A stretch of 64,000 bases of DNA from Oscillospiraceae bacterium. Its GTDB lineage: Bacteria; Bacillota; Clostridia; Oscillospirales; Ruminococcaceae. A program made the position numbers and the translations under genes. The notes beneath the pieces were generated by a model. It was not told the origin of the DNA. It ran no database searches and saw only the letters and a program-made list of their open reading frames with translations. This document shows, piece after piece, positions 54,052 to 63,103 of the stretch (its first letter is position 1; each line of letters starts with the position of its first letter). The DNA is taken from assembly GCA_015067315.1 (NCBI GenBank), contig SVMR01000009.1:16815-80814 (forward strand), given 5' to 3'.

Positions 54052-54986
54052 CAGAATTTTGCGTCCTCCGGGTTTTCGGGCAAAACGGGCGTTACCGCCG
54101 CGATTGCAACTTCTATCATGCTGTCGTCCGGTTCCTGAGTGGTAAAATTCTGGAACCAGAGTCCCGGGGCGGAAATTATTCTTGTGAACCAGTTATCATG
54201 TCTTCCGGCAAATTTTATGATTTCGTAGGAAATTCCGACGGTTACCGGAAGAAGAAGGATTTTAAGCGCAACACGCACAAGAACGTTTTCCCATGTTACA
54301 ACGGAAGAAACGAGTATGCTTATAACAAGAACGATTAAAAGGAAACTTGTTCCGCATCTGGGGTGGAAGCGTTTTTGTTTTCTTACGTTTTCAACGGTGA
54401 GTTCAAGTCCCTGTTCATAGCAGAAAATCGTTTTGTGTTCGGCGCCGTGATACATAAAAGTGCGGTGAATATCGCTCATTTTTGAAACGCCGATTATATA
54501 TGCAAGGAACATCGCGATTTTGATAACGCCTTCGATTGCGGAAAGAAGAACGGGGCTTTCGACATAGTTTCCGACAAAACCGGCAATAAGCGCCGGAACG
54601 CCGAAGAAAAGACCGATTGCAAGAACCGCGGCAAGAACGGTTATCACCGTTCCGAAAACCGCTCCGGCGGCTTTTCCAAAAACCTTGTTGAGCCAAAGTT
54701 CAAATTTGTCCGGTTCTTCCTCCTGTCCGGAAATTTCGGCGGATTTCATAAGGCAGTCGTAACCCTGGATAAGGGTATCGATAAAATTGAAAGTTCCGCG
54801 GATAAAGGGAACCTTACGGATTCCGGTGAGTTTTTTTGTATCCCAGACGGAAAGATCTATTTCGCCGTTCGGTTTTCTTACAGCCATTGCGCTTTTGAAA
54901 GGGCCTTTCATCATAATTCCTTCAAGAAGAGCCTGACCGCCGACGGAAGTTTTTATTGCGCAGGATTGTTTTTCGTTATTTTCCAT
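54051..54986 (-). CDS. DUF1385 family membrane protein (commonly linked to prmC)
   Basis: 311 aa. N-terminus VGGQALLEGIMMKGP and motif YHGAEHKTI are typical of DUF1385. Overlaps the prmC start by 1 nt. Confidence 0.8.
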   Translation of the reverse strand: MENNEKQSCAIKTSVGGQALLEGIMMKGPFKSAMAVRKPNGEIDLSVWDTKKLTGIRKVPFIRGTFNFIDTLIQGYDCLMKSAEISGQEEEPDKFELWLNKVFGKAAGAVFGTVITVLAAVLAIGLFFGVPALIAGFVGNYVESPVLLSAIEGVIKIAMFLAYIIGVSKMSDIHRTFMYHGAEHKTIFCYEQGLELTVENVRKQKRFHPRCGTSFLLIVLVISILVSSVVTWENVLVRVALKILLLPVTVGISYEIIKFAGRHDNWFTRIISAPGLWFQNFTTQEPDDSMIEVAIAAVTPVLPENPEDAKF

Positions 54987-55002
54987 TATTATCTCCTTTT
55001 TA

Positions 55003-56415
55003 TTATTTATCTATCGGAAGGCGGATCGTTACTGTTGTTCCTTCTCCCTCAATGCTGTCGAGAAGGATTTCGCCGCCGTGCATTCTTATTATTTCGTCCG
55101 CAACCGCAAGTCCGATTCCGCTTCCGCGGCGGGTTGCGTTGCCTTTAAAGAATTTTGTCTTTACTTTTTCAAGCTGATCCGCGGGAATTCCGATTCCGGT
55201 ATCCTTTACGGAAATATCAACAAAACCGTCCTCCGCGCGGATTGCGGAAATTGTTACGCTGCCGCCCTCGTCGCTGTATTTAAGGGCGTTGTCGATTATG
55301 TTTACAAAAACCTGGCGGAGCCTGTTTTTGTCGCCGGTAACGGCGATTATGTCGTCGTTTTCGGTATAGTTAAGCGCTTTCTTTTCGCGGATCGCCCTTT
55401 GTTCAAAAGTAAGAACCGCTTCGGAAAGTTCCGCGATTATATCGAGTTTCATGGGCTGGAGAATCATTCTTCCGCTTTGGAGGCGGGAAAAATCGAGAAG
55501 TTCTTCAACCATTACGGAAAGGCGTTCCGTTTCGCCGATTATAACGCCCATTCCCCTTTCAAGGGTTTTTCCGTCGATGCTTTGATCCTTTGCGGAATCT
55601 TCAAGCATTTCCGCCCAGCCTTTTATCGCGGTGAGCGGAGTTCGCAGTTCATGGGAAACGGAGGAGATAAAATCGTTTTTCATTCTTTCCGTTGCGCCGA
55701 GCTCATCCGCCATATAGTTTATTGTTTCGCAAAGTTCGCCGATTTCGTCATCGGTTTTCTTTTCGATTTTTGCGTTGAAGTCGCCTTCGGCGATTTTTTT
55801 CGCCGTTTCGCTTATCTGTCCGACCGGGTTTACAATGGAGTTGATGAAATAGGAACCGGAAAGAACAACGAAGAAAATTATCGCAATTCCGATAAGGCTT
55901 GCGCCTATTATCACAGTCATTATCTGATAATCGACATCTTCAAGGGAAGTTACAAGCCGGAAGGAAAAATAATCTTCCGTGCTTCCTTCGGGAATAACCG
56001 TTACGGACATTATTTTTTCGCCGTTGGATTCGCCGATGAATTCCGCGTTTTTTTCAATATTTTCCGAAGCTTCGGCAAAATCCGGAGTGAGGAAGCCTTC
56101 CTCCGGAATGAATCCGCTTGAAGTGAGAAGAACTTTTCCCTCGCTGTTGATTATCATAAGCTCCATTATATTGCGCTTTTCAAAAGAAGTTACTATTCCC
56201 CGGAAATAATCCTCATAGTTTCCTCTTCCTTCGGAATGGTTTTTTGAAAGAAGTCCGGAAACCGTTTCCGCCTGGGAATAAACAACTCTTTCAACGCTTC
56301 CGTAATAATAATCCTTTACGGAAAACGCAATTACAACTTCAAGCGCAATAAGAATTACAAGGATAACGCCGAGGCTGTTGAAAAGCCAGCGTTTTGTAAT
56401 CTTTTTAACTGCCAT
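55003..56415 (-). CDS. sensor histidine kinase (two TM helices, HAMP, HisKA, HATPase_c)
   Basis: 470 aa. H-box FISSVSHELRTPLTAIKGW, N-box NIIDNALKY, G-boxes KDTGIGI and GSGIGL. Confidence 0.9.
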   Translation of the reverse strand: MAVKKITKRWLFNSLGVILVILIALEVVIAFSVKDYYYGSVERVVYSQAETVSGLLSKNHSEGRGNYEDYFRGIVTSFEKRNIMELMIINSEGKVLLTSSGFIPEEGFLTPDFAEASENIEKNAEFIGESNGEKIMSVTVIPEGSTEDYFSFRLVTSLEDVDYQIMTVIIGASLIGIAIIFFVVLSGSYFINSIVNPVGQISETAKKIAEGDFNAKIEKKTDDEIGELCETINYMADELGATERMKNDFISSVSHELRTPLTAIKGWAEMLEDSAKDQSIDGKTLERGMGVIIGETERLSVMVEELLDFSRLQSGRMILQPMKLDIIAELSEAVLTFEQRAIREKKALNYTENDDIIAVTGDKNRLRQVFVNIIDNALKYSDEGGSVTISAIRAEDGFVDISVKDTGIGIPADQLEKVKTKFFKGNATRRGSGIGLAVADEIIRMHGGEILLDSIEGEGTTVTIRLPIDK

Positions 56416-56454
56416 TCCGGCGTCCTCCTTTCGGATAAAATCAATCTGCGGATG

Positions 56455-57147
56455 TTATGCCATCCATTTGTATCCGAATCCCCAGACGGTCTGGAGATGG
56501 GCGGGGTTTGAAGGTTCCTCCTCGATTTTCATTCTGAGCCTTCTGATGTTCACGTCAACAATTTTATCGTCGCCGTTATAGCTTTCGCCCCAGATTCTTT
56601 CAAGAATGTTCTTTCTTTCAAGAGCCATTCCCTCGTTTCCCATAAAGAGTTCCATAAGCTGGAATTCAACCTGGGTAAGGTCGATTGGGGTTCCGTTTTT
56701 TGTAAGGGTCCTGCTGAGGATATTGAGCTTGAAAGGTCCGGAAACAAGTTCGTCGTTATGGGTGTTTTCCGGGGTTACGGAAATTCTTCTGCAAATTGCG
56801 TCAACCCTTGCGGTAAGTTCGCTTGGGGAAAAAGGCTTTGTTACATAATCGTCCGCGCCGAGCATAAGTCCGTTGACCTTGTCCATTTCCTGGGATTTTG
56901 CGGAAAGCATGATGATTCCGACCGTGCTGCTCTTTTTTCTGATTCTTTGGCAAACCGCAAAACCGTCGATTCCGGGCATCATTATATCGAGAAGAACAAC
57001 GCTGAAATCGTTGGGCGCAGCTTCAAAAAATTTAATTGCGTCCTCTCCGCAGGAGGCATCCACAACTTCATAACCCGCGCGGCGAAGAGTTATAACCTCG
57101 AATTCACGGATAGCGTCTTCGTCTTCGCAAATAAGAATTTTTTTCAT
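56455..57147 (-). CDS. OmpR family response regulator
   Basis: 230 aa. Receiver domain (ILICEDED, VLLDIMMP, LSAKS). Winged-helix C-terminus. Confidence 0.92.
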   Translation of the reverse strand: MKKILICEDEDAIREFEVITLRRAGYEVVDASCGEDAIKFFEAAPNDFSVVLLDIMMPGIDGFAVCQRIRKKSSTVGIIMLSAKSQEMDKVNGLMLGADDYVTKPFSPSELTARVDAICRRISVTPENTHNDELVSGPFKLNILSRTLTKNGTPIDLTQVEFQLMELFMGNEGMALERKNILERIWGESYNGDDKIVDVNIRRLRMKIEEEPSNPAHLQTVWGFGYKWMA

Positions 57148-57165
57148 TGAATCTTTCCTCCTTTT

Positions 57166-58491
57166 TTATCCGATGAATATAAATCTTTCCCCGAAGGTTT
57201 CCGGTTCGATATAAAAATCGCTTTCCGGTTCAAGGTAGGATTTTATATAATAATTTTTCGTTTCGTTTTCCGCGGCAAAAACACAATCCTCGTATTTATC
57301 CTGATAATCGTTTTTGCTTACGGCAAAAATCACAAAAACGGTTTCGCCCGTTCCTTTTTCCGCAAAAAGGAATTCATCGGCGGAAGAACCGAATTTTATT
57401 TCAAATTTTTCGTTCCAGCTTTCCGGAACTTCAAAAAGATATCCGCCTTCGGGGTTTGCGGCGCCGTTCCATACCGGCTTTGATTCTTCCCCATCAAACT
57501 GCATATATTGGAGGAAGAATTTTTCCTCGCTTGCTTCGTGGGCATAATCTTCCCTGTATTCAACGGGCATTTCGGTTATTCCGTCATGGTTTGTATCGAG
57601 GCAGAAAGCTTTTGTGTTGCGGAGGAAAATTCTTCTTTTTCCGTAGGCACCGACCGAAACAAGTCCTTCGTTGTCAACTCTTTCCTCCGGTTCGGATTCG
57701 ACAAAATCCGCAATAAAATATCTTTTTGCCGTTCCTTCTTCAAGAGCTATCATCTCCGTGAGATAAACCCCGTCATAAATTTCGGAATCCAGGAAATACA
57801 TTGTTCTTCCGTCTTCGATTTTTCCGGTGGTTTTCGCAAAAATCCTGTCATATACCGCATGCACGGAAATATCTTCCGTTACGGCAACGGTATTTTCGAC
57901 GGAATAAACAATGCTTACAATGCTTCTTCCGGTTGCGCTTCCGCTGAAAATAACAATTTCGGAAAATCCGTTTCCGTCAATATCGGCAATATCCGCCCCT
58001 TCGCAGGGGGCTTTATGTATTGTTCCGAGTCTTTCTTCGGAATAGCTGTAAATTCCGATTTCCTGTTCCCATTTTATTACGATAAGGCATTGGTTTTTTT
58101 CCGTTTCGGCAAAATCAACGCTTTTTATCTCGCCGTAAAAACCCGGCGCTTCGCAAACGGAGATCCAGCCGTCTTCCTCTTTTTTGAGGATGTTGATTCT
58201 TGTGTTATCGTCAAAAAGCGAATAAAAAGCCATCGCTTCCTCGGTTCCGTCGCCGTCAAGATCACGGAAAACAAAGGCGGAGTTTGTTTCGCCGTTTTCC
58301 GGATATTTGAGAACGTAGCTTTCGCCGAGGATGTTCGCAAGAGCGGAATTGAGTTTTTCCTGTTCTTCGGTAAAAACCGGCGGCTTCATAAGCGCTTCCG
58401 TATCCGTTTCAAAAACCGTACATCCGGAAAAAGCAAGGCAGAAAAACATTGCCGCAAGAACCGATAAAATCTTTTTCAAAACAAAACCCAA
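57166..58491 (-). CDS. lipoprotein with FG-GAP/VCBS-like Ca-binding loop motifs
   Basis: 441 aa. Lipobox LAFSGCT. Three DxDxDG-type motifs (FRDLDGDGTEEAMAF, ADIDGNGFSEIVIF, DTNHDGITEMPV). First gene of the operon containing the RR and HK. Confidence 0.65.
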   Translation of the reverse strand: MGFVLKKILSVLAAMFFCLAFSGCTVFETDTEALMKPPVFTEEQEKLNSALANILGESYVLKYPENGETNSAFVFRDLDGDGTEEAMAFYSLFDDNTRINILKKEEDGWISVCEAPGFYGEIKSVDFAETEKNQCLIVIKWEQEIGIYSYSEERLGTIHKAPCEGADIADIDGNGFSEIVIFSGSATGRSIVSIVYSVENTVAVTEDISVHAVYDRIFAKTTGKIEDGRTMYFLDSEIYDGVYLTEMIALEEGTAKRYFIADFVESEPEERVDNEGLVSVGAYGKRRIFLRNTKAFCLDTNHDGITEMPVEYREDYAHEASEEKFFLQYMQFDGEESKPVWNGAANPEGGYLFEVPESWNEKFEIKFGSSADEFLFAEKGTGETVFVIFAVSKNDYQDKYEDCVFAAENETKNYYIKSYLEPESDFYIEPETFGERFIFIG

Positions 58492-58698
58492 CTCCTTTCG
58501 CCGAAGATGATAATATTCTAACTTATAATATAATACAAATTCGCCTTTCTTGTCAATTAATTAAAAGAAAACATTGTTTTAATTTTAAAAATCCGGATTT
58601 TAAAGCCTTTCCTTTCCGACATTCTTCTTGATTTTAAGTTTCCGTTTCGCTATTATATAAAGTGTATATCCGAATTTTTTCGAAAGGTTTTAAAGAAA

Positions 58699-59481
58699 AT
58701 GTTTTCAATAAAAAGAGCTGTTTCAAAATTCAGAAGAATCTATGAAGGGAAATTTCTTTTCCGCTGTTTTGCATTGATATCAACCGTTTGTCTTTTGGTT
58801 TTTGTTCCGGAAGAATTCGAAGTTATGAGCGGCTGGAATTTTTTTAAGGAATTTTCCGTTTTCCATATCCTTTGGGCAATATGGGTATATGATATGCTGC
58901 TCCAGATTTTCCCGAGCAGAAAATATCTTCCCCTCGGTTCCTCAAAATTCAGCATCAAAGATTTTATTCCGAGAGAAATCAAAAACATCCGCAATCTTGA
59001 AAATCTTCTTGCATATATAAAAAAATGCAATATGGATACCCTTAAAATCGGTCTTGTCTGGTTTGCGCTTATCGCCGCAATCGGAATTCTTTATTTCACC
59101 GGGATAATCGGAAGAAACATGCTTCTTGTTTTTTCCGTCGCGTTTTATGTCTGCGATTTGATCTGCGTTCTTTTCTGGTGTCCTTTCCGGGTATGGTTTA
59201 TGAAAAACCGCTGCTGCACAACCTGCAGAATTTTCAACTGGGACCACATGATGATGTTTTCCCCCATCGTTTTCGTTCCCGGATTTTTCACCTGGAGCCT
59301 TTGCGCCGGCGCATTAATCGTTCTTGCCGTCTGGGAAATTTCCTTTGCGCTCCATCCGGAAAGATTTTATGAAGGAACCAACGAAGCCCTTAAATGCTCC
59401 AACTGCACCGACGTTCTTTGCGGAAAGCGAAACTGCGCCGCGGATATTCCGGATTTGGACAACATAACGAAAGGTATCTGA
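58699..59481 (+). CDS. hypothetical Cys-rich integral membrane protein
   Basis: 260 aa, about five hydrophobic helices. Cys clusters WCPFRVWFMKNRCCTTCRIFNWDH and KCSNCTDVLCGKRNC. No family recognised. Confidence 0.55.
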   Translation: MFSIKRAVSKFRRIYEGKFLFRCFALISTVCLLVFVPEEFEVMSGWNFFKEFSVFHILWAIWVYDMLLQIFPSRKYLPLGSSKFSIKDFIPREIKNIRNLENLLAYIKKCNMDTLKIGLVWFALIAAIGILYFTGIIGRNMLLVFSVAFYVCDLICVLFWCPFRVWFMKNRCCTTCRIFNWDHMMMFSPIVFVPGFFTWSLCAGALIVLAVWEISFALHPERFYEGTNEALKCSNCTDVLCGKRNCAADIPDLDNITKGI

Positions 59482-59483
59482 AC

Positions 59484-60200
59484 ATGGCAATAAAAGCAAT
59501 TTTATGGGATTATGACGGAACGCTTATGGATTCATCAAAAAAATCCATCGAGGTAAGCCTCGAAGTTCTTTCACATTTCATTCCCGACATTTATGAAAAT
59601 ATTCCGGAACCCCTTTCTTCAAGGGAAAATTTCCAGGAAACCTACGGAAGAATTTCCGATTGGGTGGAACTTTACCATGTCTGCTACGGTCTTGACGATG
59701 AACAGACCAGAACGGCTGTCCGGATGTGGGGCGAAGTTCAGCTCAAAAACAAAACCGAAGCGGAACTTTATTCCGGAATCCCGGAAATTCTTGAACATTT
59801 CAAAGAAACAAAAATGGGCGTCTGTTCCCAAAACGGCGCCGGAATTATCAAAAGATCTCTTGAGCACCATTCCGTGCTCAAATATTTCTGCGCGGTGATC
59901 GGGGTTGACGACGTTCTTTTTGATGAACAGAAACCCCATCCTTCCGCGTTTATAAAAGCCCTTGAAAAACTCGGAATCGAGGACAGGAACAAAACCTTTG
60001 TCTATATCGGCGACCACAGCGTGGACGTTGCCTTCGGCCGGAACGCCGAAGCCATGCTCAAAAAGGATTTTCCCGAAGCAAAGGTCGTCTGCGTCGCAAT
60101 GCATCATCCCGGCGATTATTGCGAAGAGGACGAAAACTTCCTTCCGGATTATATTGCACATGATTCTTCCGAGCTTTTTGAGATACTGAACGGAATTTAA
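59484..60200 (+). CDS. HAD family hydrolase
   Basis: Start at MAIKAILWDYDGTLMDS (DxDxT motif I), 2 nt after the upstream stop. Motif IV YIGDHSVD. Confidence 0.85.
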   Translation: MAIKAILWDYDGTLMDSSKKSIEVSLEVLSHFIPDIYENIPEPLSSRENFQETYGRISDWVELYHVCYGLDDEQTRTAVRMWGEVQLKNKTEAELYSGIPEILEHFKETKMGVCSQNGAGIIKRSLEHHSVLKYFCAVIGVDDVLFDEQKPHPSAFIKALEKLGIEDRNKTFVYIGDHSVDVAFGRNAEAMLKKDFPEAKVVCVAMHHPGDYCEEDENFLPDYIAHDSSELFEILNGI

Positions 60201-60273
60201 ACCTTCTTTGCCGTGAAGGAAGATTTAAGTTCTTGATTTGGCGGGTTTTCCGCCGGAAAGGACTTTGATTCTT

Positions 60274-61758
60274 ATGAATACCGATTACAGTAAATTAAAC
60301 GAAAAAATTCTTGAACTTGCCGAAAAATTCGGTGAAAACGGCGCTTTTCTTGCAAACCACAAAGGCGAAACCGTTTTGAGCACCGTTTTCGGCAAAAACC
60401 TTAAAACCGAAGAACCCATCGGGGCAGAAAGCCGTTACCTCATGCCTCTTTGCTGTTCTTCAATGCTCGTCCTCTGCGCGTTCATCCTTATTGATGCAGG
60501 AAAGCTCCGGCTTTCGGACAAAATTTCAAAATTCATTCCCGAATTTGAGCACGGGGATAAAATCACCGTTAAGCATCTTCTTGCGGGAAAAAGCGGAATC
60601 CGCGATTTTTATTTCGGAGAAATCCGCCGGAACCTTAACGAAGACGAAGAATATTCCTCTCTTTCCGAAATCGACCGCCGCAAAAGGGATATGGAACTCT
60701 ATCTCCGGGATTATCCCTTCGAAACGGTGCTCAGCGCGATAAAGAGAAAGGAACTTGAGCACGAACCCGGTCTTTCCGGAGATTATTCCGCAAGCGGCGC
60801 CGCTTTTCTTCGGGAAATAATCGAAAGGGTTGCAAAAATTCCCGTTTCCGGATTCATTGAAAAGGAGATTTTTGAAAAACTCGGAATGACCGAAACAAAA
60901 ATCGGGGCGGACGAAAATGCTCTTCCGCTTTTTGCGCTTTTCCGCAACGCGGAATATATTGAATTCAAAACCGAAAACACCGATTATCCGTTCTTTACAA
61001 CAACTGTTTCCGACCTTGAAAAACTCATGCTCGGAATTTTTGAGCACAGCCTTTTTTCCGAAAAGCTTTGGAAAATCGCAAACAGATTCGATTCCGACAA
61101 CGAAGGACTCGGTTTTGAAGGTCTTAACGGATTTTCCATTCTTTCCCTCGATTTTGAAGAATTCGGCTCGGCATCTTTTTATTTCGACAAAGAAAACGAT
61201 TTTTGCTGGCTTCGGGCAACAAACTGCTCTTCAAAATATATTCAGGAAGACGACAGCAAAATCCTTTTCTTCCCGAAGGAAGTAAGAATGGAGCTCGGAC
61301 CGATTTTCACCGTTCCGAAGAACACGAAAATGATTCCATACGGAAGCAAAAACTGGCGCCAGGCGGCGAATCTTGAAATCCGCCCGGATCAGCGCGAATT
61401 TGTTTCCGGCGCGCTTGATACCATTGCATATTCCGCCGCCTATAAAAACCATAAGCTCTTTGTGGAAATGGAGGGCGAAAGGGCAATCGGACTTCTCGAT
61501 CTTTCCGTCGATAAAAAGAAAGGCGATTACAACATCGAAATCGTTCTCATCGACCGCCGCTATCAGGGCAGAGGCTTCGGAAAATTCATGCTCCGCTTTG
61601 CCGTTGATTATCTTAAAAAAGCCGGCGCAAAAAAGCTTTCCATCGGCGTAAACCGCTTCAATATTCCGGCACAGAAACTTTATAAATCCGTCGGATTCAA
61701 AGAGGACTGCGTTTATGACGAGGGAATCTGGATGACCCAGGTTCTTTCCGAAGAATAA
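60274..61758 (+). CDS. beta-lactamase-fold (serine hydrolase-like) domain fused to a C-terminal GNAT acetyltransferase domain
   Basis: Start at MNTDYSKLNEK. The N-terminal about 300 aa resemble the class C/esterase fold (LIDAGKLRLSDKISKFIPEF). The C-terminus carries GNAT motif A RRYQGRGFGKFMLRFAVDY. Confidence 0.65.
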   Translation: MNTDYSKLNEKILELAEKFGENGAFLANHKGETVLSTVFGKNLKTEEPIGAESRYLMPLCCSSMLVLCAFILIDAGKLRLSDKISKFIPEFEHGDKITVKHLLAGKSGIRDFYFGEIRRNLNEDEEYSSLSEIDRRKRDMELYLRDYPFETVLSAIKRKELEHEPGLSGDYSASGAAFLREIIERVAKIPVSGFIEKEIFEKLGMTETKIGADENALPLFALFRNAEYIEFKTENTDYPFFTTTVSDLEKLMLGIFEHSLFSEKLWKIANRFDSDNEGLGFEGLNGFSILSLDFEEFGSASFYFDKENDFCWLRATNCSSKYIQEDDSKILFFPKEVRMELGPIFTVPKNTKMIPYGSKNWRQAANLEIRPDQREFVSGALDTIAYSAAYKNHKLFVEMEGERAIGLLDLSVDKKKGDYNIEIVLIDRRYQGRGFGKFMLRFAVDYLKKAGAKKLSIGVNRFNIPAQKLYKSVGFKEDCVYDEGIWMTQVLSEE

Positions 61759-61767
61759 GAAAAAAAG

Positions 61768-61802
61768 AAAAATCCGCCGTTTTTTAAAACGGCGGATTTT
61801 TT
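61768..61802 (+). terminator. rho-independent terminator of the hydrolase-GNAT gene
   Basis: Hairpin aaaaatccgccgtt-tttaa-aacggcggattttt. Confidence 0.88.
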
Positions 61803-61824
61803 ATGTTCTGCGGTTAAAATGTTG

Positions 61825-62005
61825 GGGGATTCTTTTGAAATTGCCGCTCGATTTTTACCTCCCCTCAAGGGGAGGTAAAGCCGCCCGTTTTGTAATCGGA
61901 CGGGGTTTTCTCTCCCTCAGTCACGGCAAAGCCGCGACAGCTCCCTCGTCAGAGGGAGCTTGCCCTCCGGGGAGCCTTTTTGCGGAACGGTCAGAAAAAT
62001 CCCCT
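61825..62005 (+). repeat. hairpin-repeat family, intermediate form (R11)
   Basis: gggggattctttt (left) pairs with agaaaaatcccc (right). This helix encloses hairpins cctcccct/aggggagg, cccgt/acggg, gtcacggc/gccgcgac and agctccct/agggagct, plus the ccctccgggg motif shared with the long forms. Confidence 0.8.
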
Positions 62006-62018
62006 TCTTTTTCGGGTT

Positions 62019-62984
62019 TTAATACCAAAAGAATTTATAAAGATTCGGGAACGAAGCAAAAAACTGGCTCAGTTTTTTGTTGGAGGAAGAACCCGGGTCG
62101 TTGATTATGAATCCGGAAGGGGAAAGATTCTCTCCCCCGGAATAACCGGTTATAACAACCCAATGCTGTGAACCGGAGGAGGTTTTTCCGCCGATCAGAA
62201 CGGGTTTTCCCTCCCGGAGCTTGTTATAAATTTTTTCAAGATAATTTTCGCTCCAGTAATTCACCGTAAAATCCTCCGGCCAATAGACGTTTCCGCTTCG
62301 GTCATAGGAAAGATTTTTCATCATTTCATCCGGATATATCGTTCTTCCGGTTCTGTAGGATTCCATCATCGCAATTCCGGTTGTGACGCAGCCGATTTTT
62401 CCGATTGTTTTTCCGGAGGAACCGATTTTCACGTTTGCCCAGCGGGAATCGGTCTGTTTAAAATCCGGAACATCAAGCAGAACCGTGGAAAAACCTTTTT
62501 CGAAAAGGGAAAGATATTCCGAACTCACAACACCGGTTTTGTTTCCGTCATAAAGAATCCTGCTCCAGTATCCGTTTGTTGAAAGAACGATCACGTTTTC
62601 GTCTTTTGAAACGGTTCCAATTACAGGATAGCTTTTTCCCGCGCCGCTCCGGACGTTGAGATTCCCGCTTTTTGTTGCAACTTTTGCGGAATCTTCCGAA
62701 ACGATTTCGATATAATCCGAATGGCAGTAGCCAAATTTTCCTTCGGAATATTCAACTTTCCACCAATCTCCGGATTTTTCGATAAGGGCAACGTAGCTTC
62801 CTTTCGGAATCGAAGTCAGTATGTAACCGCCCGAAGAGGCGGAATTTCGCACATTGAGTCTTCCGCTTTCCGTCGAAACGATTCCCGCCGCGGAATCGGA
62901 ATTTATTGCATAAACCGGCGGATTTCCCGCGGAAATTCCCGCTGCAAAAACCGCCGCAAGAGCCATTGAAAGGATTTTTTTCAT
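62019..62984 (-). CDS. secreted SH3b-SH3b-C39-like (papain-fold) peptidase, probable cell-wall hydrolase
   Basis: Start at MKKILSMALAAVFAAG (signal peptide) with RBS GAGGTG. Two SH3b units (GRLNVRNSASSGG..., GNLNVRSGAGKSY...). C-terminal Cys/His contexts GKIGCVTTG and QHWVVITGY. Confidence 0.7.
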   Translation of the reverse strand: MKKILSMALAAVFAAGISAGNPPVYAINSDSAAGIVSTESGRLNVRNSASSGGYILTSIPKGSYVALIEKSGDWWKVEYSEGKFGYCHSDYIEIVSEDSAKVATKSGNLNVRSGAGKSYPVIGTVSKDENVIVLSTNGYWSRILYDGNKTGVVSSEYLSLFEKGFSTVLLDVPDFKQTDSRWANVKIGSSGKTIGKIGCVTTGIAMMESYRTGRTIYPDEMMKNLSYDRSGNVYWPEDFTVNYWSENYLEKIYNKLREGKPVLIGGKTSSGSQHWVVITGYSGGENLSPSGFIINDPGSSSNKKLSQFFASFPNLYKFFWY

Positions 62985-63103
62985 TTGTTCACCTCGGTTT
63001 TTTGTTTTTTTGATTTCGGGTTCGATTATAACACAGGTTTTTTTGAAGGTGAACAGTCCAAATCCTGCCAAAAGCCGTTTTTCCGCTTTCCAAAGCGGAA
63101 AAT

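Noticed and set aside
8977-62005. Possibility that the recurring hairpins are a CRISPR array or CRISPR remnants
   Set aside because: Copies are kilobases apart in separate intergenic regions. They lack a constant repeat length and regular spacers, and there are no cas genes in the window.
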